DNA of 64,000 nt from NCBI GenBank assembly GCA_027622975.1, contig JAQBVN010000001.1, forward strand, positions 35,955 through 99,954. The letters run 5' to 3'. The notes beneath the pieces were generated by a model. That model was not told where the DNA came from, searched no databases, and saw only the letters and a list, made by a program, of their open reading frames with translations. The position numbers were made by a program, and so were the translations under genes. This document shows, piece by piece, positions 56,875 through 64,000 of this stretch. The stretch comes from Bacteroidota bacterium. GTDB taxonomy: Bacteria > Bacteroidota > Bacteroidia > Flavobacteriales_D > Sanyastnellaceae. How positions within the stretch are numbered: the stretch's first letter is position 1; each line of letters opens with the position of its first letter.

Positions 56875-59316
56875 TCACAATCCCACACTGAACCCGACCC
56901 GAACCCCCCATGGGTCTCGCATGCCATCGAGGCTCGGCGTGATCCTGCGATGCACGTCAATCCGAAGGAATTGAAGGACGTTTTCCACACCCAACACAGC
57001 CTCGGCATACCAGCCGTCCAATCCTGTGGTGGTTCCAGGCATCGCCGTGATGGCTTCGTGCCGAGGATCCCAACCGCTCCTGACGCCTTTGATGCCGGCC
57101 ACTTCGCGCATCCGCAAGTTTTTCAGCCCTGGAATTCGATTCAATACGACACCTTCACCATGCCACTCCGCACTGGCGCGAATCCAGCGATCGCTGGCAA
57201 ATTCCATGAAGCGAAGGAGGTTGAAGGCCTCGTTGATGCTCAATGAAGTTTCATTGGCCGGCTGCAGTTCGGTGAGAACTACGGGGGCCAAACCGGTGTA
57301 CATGCCCCCTTGACCCCACCACTCGATTCGACCCAAGGGCCCCAGTCTCTTGGTTCCCTCAGCATCGAGTGTCCAGCGTTGGTAACTGAATTCACTCCCC
57401 CCGATGCGAGGAAGACCCAAAGTCACGGTTCCTGTCAGCACGGGCCACTTGGAGCCCAAGCTGATTCGCTCAAAGGCCCCAGTCAAGAACTTTTCGTTTC
57501 TCGCATAGCGGGTTTGAAGAGTCAGTTCGGCAGTGACAAGCGGAGAAAGTCCTGTGGTGTCTGTGGACCGAACAAAAATCACCTCGCCCCTCGGAGCCAC
57601 TTTCCGGTGTCTGAATTCGGCGGATTGTCCCCAACCGCTCCCGAATTCATGAAGGAAACTAATTTCCGAACGGGTAATCTCGGTCAAGCGTGTTTGGTCA
57701 TTCAGTTGCAAAGCGCTGTTCAAGCCATTTCCCTGGTCAAACAGCCCCATCATCCCGAGCTGATCCATGTCGCGTTTGTGTTCCACAAAGAATTCGGTGC
57801 GAGGCGTTTTCCGCAGCACCCACTCGGCAGACGCTCCGTATTTCAAACGCTGGTCCAACGTGCCATACGCCGCAAAGGTTCTCAGCCAAACCTTGCGAGA
57901 AAAGTCGTTGCTCGTTTGAACGCCGAGGCTCCATCGTTTGCCCTCGATGGCATTGGAGCTGTTGGTGTCGTACCACGGACCTAGTTCGATGGGACCCATG
58001 ATTAGATACCCCGTCCCGCCCAGCAACAGAAATTTTTCGAGAAACTTGTACGCCCTCATGGATTGGATGGAATCCACCATGGCGTAAGTCCGACGCGCAC
58101 TTTCAGGGAGCATCTCAGGCCGGATCTTTTGCCACGTGCTTTCAAGCACGGTGTGCGACCCTTTGGCAAAGGAAATGTCTCGCGGGGAGGACCACAGTGA
58201 ATCTGGCCAAGTCGAGGACATCAGGACCTCTCGGTTTAGCTTTGTTTGGTGGCTGTAGATGCCCATGCCGCCTTCGCGAAGGCTGATGTCGGCGAGGTTT
58301 TCTTCTCGGACCAGGACCCAGCGGCCGCTGTCCAGCTCGTAGGACTGGCTGAAGGCATAGCTTCTCACAAAATTCACGTTGGCCCCTTCGCTGATTTTGG
58401 CCTCAACATGTCTGAGCCCCAAGGTCAATGTGTCAATCCAGAGCTCACCTTCAAACGTCAATTCCCCACGCCGCCTCGGGACAAACGCCAGATGGAAACA
58501 CGGGCGATCACCGCGGTCGAGCGTGTCGAGCAAGTAATACCTGTAATGCACGTTTCCCCTGTCGTGAAGTGGACTGGTGAAGGCTCGGTCCAGCAACAAC
58601 ATTTGGTTTTGGTACAAATCGATGTTCAGAAATTCGGATTGGACACTCGATGTGTTTTCTCCGTGTTGCATCCAGGTCGCTCGTGCCGCTTCCACGCGTT
58701 GCTCCTTGCGCCTTCCCTCCGTTCTTTTGGTCCCCGAAGATTCGGTCACAAACAAAGGCAGTGCAACTCTGCTTTGGGTCGAATCGACTTGGTCCCAAAC
58801 CCATCGGAACGGGCCCCAGAATTTGCGCTGGGGCAACCGTTCAGAAAAGTCATTCACGGCCACTTCTTGCAGGTCGTAATATTGATAGAACAGGGCGGGA
58901 ATGGTGCCTGGGTCATTGCTGGGTTTGGCCTCGGCCACGCGTTGCATCAGGGGTTTGGCTGGATTGACCGCTTTCTTGTCCGGTCTGACTTCGGCCACCC
59001 CCAGTTCCACATTGCGGCTTTCCAACGACACATGGATCACTTGAGGAACGCCACGTTGAAGGGGAATGGTTTGGGTCAAGTAACCCAAGCTGGAGACAAT
59101 GAGTCGGGTGACGCGCTCTCCTTCAGCATCGAGATGATACTGACCAAACTCATTGGTCATTGTACCCAAGGATGTTCCGGAAAAGCTGATGTTGACAAAG
59201 GGGAGTGGCTGCCCCGTTTCTCCATCAAACACGCGGCCACTCACGGCTGTTTGGGCCAGGGCTCCACATGCCAAACACCACATCGCCACGGTCAATCCCA
59301 GCCCAAGCCCTCTCAT
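56875..59316 (-). CDS. DUF5686-type outer-membrane-associated protein with an N-terminal carboxypeptidase-regulatory-like domain
   Basis: Signal peptide, [20 protein letters not shown] CarboxypepD_reg-like fold and a long beta-rich C-terminal region. The family assignment is from memory. Confidence 0.75.
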   Translation of the reverse strand: MRGLGLGLTVAMWCLACGALAQTAVSGRVFDGETGQPLPFVNISFSGTSLGTMTNEFGQYHLDAEGERVTRLIVSSLGYLTQTIPLQRGVPQVIHVSLESRNVELGVAEVRPDKKAVNPAKPLMQRVAEAKPSNDPGTIPALFYQYYDLQEVAVNDFSERLPQRKFWGPFRWVWDQVDSTQSRVALPLFVTESSGTKRTEGRRKEQRVEAARATWMQHGENTSSVQSEFLNIDLYQNQMLLLDRAFTSPLHDRGNVHYRYYLLDTLDRGDRPCFHLAFVPRRRGELTFEGELWIDTLTLGLRHVEAKISEGANVNFVRSYAFSQSYELDSGRWVLVREENLADISLREGGMGIYSHQTKLNREVLMSSTWPDSLWSSPRDISFAKGSHTVLESTWQKIRPEMLPESARRTYAMVDSIQSMRAYKFLEKFLLLGGTGYLIMGPIELGPWYDTNSSNAIEGKRWSLGVQTSNDFSRKVWLRTFAAYGTLDQRLKYGASAEWVLRKTPRTEFFVEHKRDMDQLGMMGLFDQGNGLNSALQLNDQTRLTEITRSEISFLHEFGSGWGQSAEFRHRKVAPRGEVIFVRSTDTTGLSPLVTAELTLQTRYARNEKFLTGAFERISLGSKWPVLTGTVTLGLPRIGGSEFSYQRWTLDAEGTKRLGPLGRIEWWGQGGMYTGLAPVVLTELQPANETSLSINEAFNLLRFMEFASDRWIRASAEWHGEGVVLNRIPGLKNLRMREVAGIKGVRSGWDPRHEAITAMPGTTTGLDGWYAEAVLGVENVLQFLRIDVHRRITPSLDGMRDPWGVRVGFSVGL

Positions 59317-60131
59317 GGTTTCGCGGTGCGTCGGCGATCCTGTGTCCGGGCAATGACGATGCCCAATTCATACAACACCAATACTGGCAGAGAAACCAAA
59401 ATTTGGCTCGTCACATCGGGGGGGGTGATCACCGCTGAAAGGGCCAGGATGACAACGAGGGCGTGACGGCGGTAGCTTCGAAGCATGTCCGCCGTCACGA
59501 GTCCAGCTTTGCTGAGGAAGAACACAAGCACGGGAAGTTGGAAGACGAGACCAGCAGCTAAGGTGATGCTCGCCACGGTTTTGACATAGCTCATCACGGC
59601 AATGCGTGAAGCCACATCGCCAAGTTCGTAGTTGCCCAAAAACTGCAGGCTCAACGGTGCGATGCCAAAATATCCGAAGGCCACCCCGGCCATGAAAAGC
59701 ACCGAGGACGCAAGACCTGCTCCCCGCGCTGCTTGCCTTTCGCCTTGCTTCAAGGCCGGCCGGACAAACGCCCAAATTTGGTGAATGATCACAGGAAAGG
59801 CCACAATGACGCCTCCCACCAAGCTCACAATGATGTGGGCTGAAAAGTTGCCGAGCATGGTCGTGTTGATGAGCTCGTAGCCAATCTTGTCCACACAGAG
59901 AGCGTCACCGGATCCCAAGGCGTGAGAGAGGCCGCACCATGCGCGGTAGGTGATGAAATCGATGTTTCGTGGCCCGAACAAGATTCGGTCAAACACCCAA
60001 TCCTTCTGCACAAACAGGGCAACGGCCCCCACCAATACTGCCAATGCAGAGATGAAGAGCCGTTTTCTCAGTTCCTCGAGGTGATCGAGAAACCCCATGT
60101 GGGCTTCATCCTGGGCCTGGTCTTTGGGCAT
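59313..60131 (-). CDS. tatC: twin-arginine translocase subunit TatC
   Basis: FLDHLEELRKRL N-terminus and six TM helices. Start set to ATG 60131. Confidence 0.9.
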   Translation of the reverse strand: MPKDQAQDEAHMGFLDHLEELRKRLFISALAVLVGAVALFVQKDWVFDRILFGPRNIDFITYRAWCGLSHALGSGDALCVDKIGYELINTTMLGNFSAHIIVSLVGGVIVAFPVIIHQIWAFVRPALKQGERQAARGAGLASSVLFMAGVAFGYFGIAPLSLQFLGNYELGDVASRIAVMSYVKTVASITLAAGLVFQLPVLVFFLSKAGLVTADMLRSYRRHALVVILALSAVITPPDVTSQILVSLPVLVLYELGIVIARTQDRRRTAKP

Positions 60132-60172
60132 GGCGCGAAGTTCGGGCGGAATGTCCAACGATGGCAAACCTG

Positions 60173-61249
60173 TCACACCAAACCCTCGCGCATGCAATCA
60201 TGCACATGAACCATGCCAGCGTATTTCCCGTTTCGGGTGACGATGACTTGACTGATGCCCGTTTCTTGCATGTGCTTGGCCGCGTGATGTGCCAACATGC
60301 TTGCGTCGAGGGTGTGAGCATGGGTGGATGCGACGTCCCCAGCGCATGCCCCCTGCAAGGTGCCAGCCATCATGGCCCGCCTCAAGTCTCCATCTGTGAT
60401 GATTCCGCCAATGTCATGGGCGCGTTCTCGATGCATCACGACAGTTGCTCCATAGCGTCCATTGGACATGCTTCGCAGGACCTCTTCGATGGGGGCATTC
60501 CAATTCACAGAAGGCGTGCGAGTGGGGTCGAGAAGTTCATTCAAGGTCCATGTCAAGCGTTTGCCCAACGCACCTGCCGGGTGGTTTTTGGCGAAGTCTT
60601 CGGCCCGAAACCCGGAGAGAGACATCAGGGCCATGGCCAAGGCATCTCCCATGGCCAATTGAAGGGATGTGCTCGTGGTGGGGGCCAAATCATGGGGGCA
60701 TGCCTCCTCGGTGACGCCTAGGTCGATCACGACATCGGCAGCCTTGGCAAGCGGGCCATGTGCATTGGCGGTCAGCGCAATCAATGAGCACCCGCGACGC
60801 TTCAGGGCAGGAATGAGGCTGACAATTTCCTCGCTTGCCCCGCTCTTGGACAAACAGATGACAGCATCTGCAGGCATGACTGCTCCTACGTCTCCGTGCA
60901 AGGCCTCTCCAGCGTGCAAGAACAGGGATGGCGTGCCGGTGGAGTTGAGGGTGGCCGAAATTTTGGCTGCAATATGCGCGCTTTTGCCCACGCCGGTCAC
61001 GACAACTTTGCCTTGACTCACGCTGTTTCCACGGTCGAGGTCGATGCCTCGGTGGACATTGATGGACGTCACACCCACAGCCCGACTGATGAGCTTCAAC
61101 GCTTCCAGGAAGGGCGTATTCAATTGGTTGGCAGCCCGTTCAGTGGCTTCCGAGACGAGTTGAAGGCTTCGGCGACCTGCCTCGAGAAGTTGGGTACCAT
61201 CGTCGGCGAAGCCGGAATCTGGGACTTTGGAAATAGGGGCTTTGTTCAC
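60173..61249 (-). CDS. kdsD: arabinose-5-phosphate isomerase (KpsF/GutQ family; SIS + tandem CBS)
   Basis: VVVTGVGKSAHIAAKISATLNSTGT SIS motif and C-terminal CBS pair. Apparent GTG start. Confidence 0.9.
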   Translation of the reverse strand: MNKAPISKVPDSGFADDGTQLLEAGRRSLQLVSEATERAANQLNTPFLEALKLISRAVGVTSINVHRGIDLDRGNSVSQGKVVVTGVGKSAHIAAKISATLNSTGTPSLFLHAGEALHGDVGAVMPADAVICLSKSGASEEIVSLIPALKRRGCSLIALTANAHGPLAKAADVVIDLGVTEEACPHDLAPTTSTSLQLAMGDALAMALMSLSGFRAEDFAKNHPAGALGKRLTWTLNELLDPTRTPSVNWNAPIEEVLRSMSNGRYGATVVMHRERAHDIGGIITDGDLRRAMMAGTLQGACAGDVASTHAHTLDASMLAHHAAKHMQETGISQVIVTRNGKYAGMVHVHDCMREGLV

Positions 61250-61295
61250 GGGCTGTGGTTGTGTACATTTATTGTACCAAAGCTAAAACCTTTCC

Positions 61296-63494
61296 ATGAG
61301 CCTGGTGGAGATGGCGCCCTCGGAGGCGCTGAAGCGTTTTTTTGGATTCGATGAATTCAAGGGTGAGCAAGAAAAAGCCATCCAAGCCGTCCTTGAGGGG
61401 CACGACACGTTTGTGATCATGCCCACAGGAGGAGGTAAATCCATGTGCTATCAATTGCCGGCGTTGATGTTGGATGGCGTGGCCTTGGTTGTCAGTCCGT
61501 TGATTGCCTTGATGAAGAACCAAGTGGATGCCATCCGAGGTCATCATGAAGACAAGCGGATTGCGCATTTTTTGAACTCTTCTCTCGGAAAGGCTGACGC
61601 GGAGCGCGTGAAAATGGATGTGGCAGAAGGTGCCACCAAATTGTTGTATGTCGCACCCGAGAGTTTGACCAAACCAGAAAACATCGCGTTCCTGAAGTCG
61701 GTCCGAATCAGTTTTGTCGCTGTGGACGAAGCTCATTGCATTTCAGAGTGGGGGCATGATTTCAGGCCTGAGTACAGGCGCATCAAGCCCATCATCAAGG
61801 GAATCGCAGATGTTCCAGTGATGGCTTTGACTGCGACGGCCACGCCCAAGGTGCAGCAAGACATCCAAAAGAACTTGGACATGACCGATGCGGTGGTGCT
61901 CAAGGCATCTTTCAATCGGGACAACTTGTTTTACGAGGTCCGCCCCAAGAAAAATGCGCTCCAGCAAATCGTGCGTTACGGGCTTCAACATGCTGGAAAA
62001 AGTGGAATCGTGTACTGCCTGAGTCGTAAAAAGGTGGAACAGATTGCCGAAACACTGCGCGTGAATGGCGTGAAAGCCTTGGCCTATCATGCCGGCATGG
62101 ACGGCAACCAGCGCAGTGCAATTCAGGATCAATTCCTGATGCAGGATGTGGACGTGATTGTGGCGACCATTGCGTTTGGGATGGGCATCGACAAACCAGA
62201 TGTGAGGTATGTCATTCACTACGACATGCCCAAATCCCTCGAGAGTTATTACCAAGAGACGGGAAGAGCGGGTCGGGATGGTGGCGAAGGACGGTGCATT
62301 GCCTTCTACAGCCATCGGGACATTGACAAGTTGGAAAAGTTCCTTCAGGGCAAACCCATTGCCGAGCAGGAGGTGGGGATGCAATTGCTGCAAGAGGTCA
62401 TAGCTTATGCGGAGACGGCCACCAACCGTCGGAAGTTTCTCCTTCATTACTTCGGAGAATCCTTCGACGAGGTCAATGGTCCCGGTGCCCAGAATTGCGA
62501 CAACAGCCAAAATCCGCCTGTGATGGTGGATCGTCAGGAGGAAATTCACATGCTGCTTGGGGCCATCTTGGAACACAAATCCATGCACCGCATGGAATTC
62601 TACACGTCACTTTTGACCGGAGAGAACAACCGACACATGGAGGATTACGGGGTGGTTCAGTCTGCGTTCTGGAAACGCGGCGTAGAGCATTCTGTGGAAT
62701 TCTGGCAGGGGGTGATCCGCCAAATGGTTGTGCAAGATTTTGTGGTGAAGGAGGTGGAGAAGTACGGTGTCTTGCATCTGAGCAAAAAGGGCAAAGCGTT
62801 TTTGACGGATCCGTATCCGGTGATGCTGGCGGAGCAAAGAGATTTCAGTGATGTGGATTCGGAGGATTCGTTGTCCCAAACCCGCGGTGAAAGCGGGGGA
62901 GCCTTGGATCCCAAGCTTCGCAGCATGTTGACAGACCTTCGAAAGCAAGTGAGTGCCGCGAAGGGATTGCCTCCTTATGTGATTTTCCAAGACGTGAGCT
63001 TGGATGAAATGGCCACGCACTATCCCATCACTCCCGATGAATTGATTCGTATTTCAGGAGTGGGGTCAGGGAAGGCGGCCAAGTTTGGCAAGCCATTCAC
63101 AGACATGATTTCGAATTATGTGGAGGAGGAGGGAATCGAGCGGGAAGATGCTTTGCTCGTTCGGAGTAGCGGGTCCAAATCGAGCAACAAGGTGACCATC
63201 ATCCAGTTGCTCGACAGAAAAATGGGTCTTGACGACATTGCGGCTGGGATTCATGGTCAGCGCGCCCAGGTGCTCGAAGAAATTGAGGCCATCGTCGATG
63301 CGGGAACCAAAGTCAATTTGGACCACATTCTAGAAGAGAGCCTCGATGAGGATTGCTTGGAGGAATTGTTTGACTTTTTCCGTGAATCTGAGGAAGATGG
63401 TTGGAGGGCTGCTTCCGAAGAGTTTGAGGATGCGTATTCAGAAGAGGAATTGCGTCTGGCGCGCATCAAATTCCTCTGTGAAGTGGCTCATTGA
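61296..63494 (+). CDS. recQ: ATP-dependent DNA helicase RecQ
   Basis: FGFDEFKGEQEKAI, PTGGGKS, DEAHCISEWGHDFRP and a C-terminal HRDC region; 732 aa. Confidence 0.96.
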   Translation: MSLVEMAPSEALKRFFGFDEFKGEQEKAIQAVLEGHDTFVIMPTGGGKSMCYQLPALMLDGVALVVSPLIALMKNQVDAIRGHHEDKRIAHFLNSSLGKADAERVKMDVAEGATKLLYVAPESLTKPENIAFLKSVRISFVAVDEAHCISEWGHDFRPEYRRIKPIIKGIADVPVMALTATATPKVQQDIQKNLDMTDAVVLKASFNRDNLFYEVRPKKNALQQIVRYGLQHAGKSGIVYCLSRKKVEQIAETLRVNGVKALAYHAGMDGNQRSAIQDQFLMQDVDVIVATIAFGMGIDKPDVRYVIHYDMPKSLESYYQETGRAGRDGGEGRCIAFYSHRDIDKLEKFLQGKPIAEQEVGMQLLQEVIAYAETATNRRKFLLHYFGESFDEVNGPGAQNCDNSQNPPVMVDRQEEIHMLLGAILEHKSMHRMEFYTSLLTGENNRHMEDYGVVQSAFWKRGVEHSVEFWQGVIRQMVVQDFVVKEVEKYGVLHLSKKGKAFLTDPYPVMLAEQRDFSDVDSEDSLSQTRGESGGALDPKLRSMLTDLRKQVSAAKGLPPYVIFQDVSLDEMATHYPITPDELIRISGVGSGKAAKFGKPFTDMISNYVEEEGIEREDALLVRSSGSKSSNKVTIIQLLDRKMGLDDIAAGIHGQRAQVLEEIEAIVDAGTKVNLDHILEESLDEDCLEELFDFFRESEEDGWRAASEEFEDAYSEEELRLARIKFLCEVAH

Positions 63495-63501
63495 TTCTTC
63501 A

Positions 63502-64000
63502 TCAATCGAGTTGTCCATTCAACGTGGCTGCGGCGTAAGCCATCAGTCCAGCGCCCGTTTCTAGTGCTCTTTCATCCACGTCAAACTGGGGCGTGTGAAG
63601 TCCATGCGTTCCATGCGTGCCTCCTTCAGCATCCGCGGTTCCAAGTCGGTAAAAACATCCGGGAACGGCATTGGCAAAATGGCTAAAGTCTTCTCCGGTC
63701 ATGCGGATGTCAAGGTCGTGCACACGGTGTTCCCCGAGGTATTCTACGGCCACATCCCTCATGTTTTTCGTCAACGCTTCGTGGTTGTGAACGCTTGGGT
63801 AGCCCATGCGGATGTCCAAGTCCACGGAGCATCCGTGGGCAGCGGCAGTGTGTTCAATGGTGTTTCTGATCATATCGTGAGCCGCCAAACGCCACGATTC
63901 GTCCAACGCCCGAAAAGTCCCCTTCACTTCCACGGAATGAGGCAAGATGTTGGTTGCTCCCAGCGCCTCCACTCGGCCGAATGAAAGAACAGATGGATGG
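63502..64000 (-). CDS. M20-family amidohydrolase (N-acyl-amino acid amidohydrolase type), C-terminal part; 5' end beyond the window
   Basis: The frame stays open to base 64000 (...HPSVLSFGRVEALGATNILP). The dimerisation/catalytic C-terminal region is typical of M20D. Confidence 0.82.
   Translation of the reverse strand, partial: HPSVLSFGRVEALGATNILPHSVEVKGTFRALDESWRLAAHDMIRNTIEHTAAAHGCSVDLDIRMGYPSVHNHEALTKNMRDVAVEYLGEHRVHDLDIRMTGEDFSHFANAVPGCFYRLGTADAEGGTHGTHGLHTPQFDVDERALETGAGLMAYAAATLNGQLD

Noticed and set aside
56950-59466. Several 95-406-aa plus-strand ORFs over the DUF5686 and tatC genes.
   Set aside because: They are shadow frames of long minus-strand genes with a coherent signal peptide and domain structure.

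Overview
The window is dense, almost gap-free core chromosome of a Bacteroidota-type bacterium. Supporting signs are a T9SS type-B C-terminal sorting domain protein, DUF5686/DUF3109/DUF2795 families, TAnnTTTG -7 promoter boxes and no Shine-Dalgarno sequences. About 60 genes are housekeeping: sucAB, a mreBCD-mrdA-rodA cell-shape operon, purH, rfbA/rfbD, yceD-rpmF-fabH-accBC, pdxA, ribE, lptB, tatC, kdsD, recQ, gdhA, hflX, rbfA and others. I saw no rRNA, tRNA, CRISPR array, transposase, integrase or defence island.

The most interesting signal is a small element on the minus strand at 9825..9998, too short for the ORF track. It is a 25-codon mini-ORF with seven consecutive Cys codons (MTFSTNMCCCCCCCLTDRGRLRMRG). 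A Bacteroidota-type promoter sits at leaderless spacing upstream of it, and a strong intrinsic terminator follows it, ending 14 nt before the first gene of a cysM-mec-cysO-moeZ operon. That operon encodes the ubiquitin-like thiocarboxylate route to cysteine. The arrangement looks like trpL/hisL-style ribosome-mediated attenuation keyed to cysteine.

Secondary observations:
- At least 12 genes have the -7 box only 4-5 nt from the ATG, suggesting leaderless mRNAs. Two of these form identical 34-nt divergent promoter modules.
- The sulfur-carrier protein ends in GG-A.
- A co-directional, partly overlapping cluster is led by a radical-SAM/SPASM gene.
- There is a 19-bp x3 tandem repeat.
- A structured 190-nt region follows the aspartate kinase gene.

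Many long antisense shadow ORFs in the track were rejected. All calls rest on reading the sequence and recalling protein families; no database search was run.
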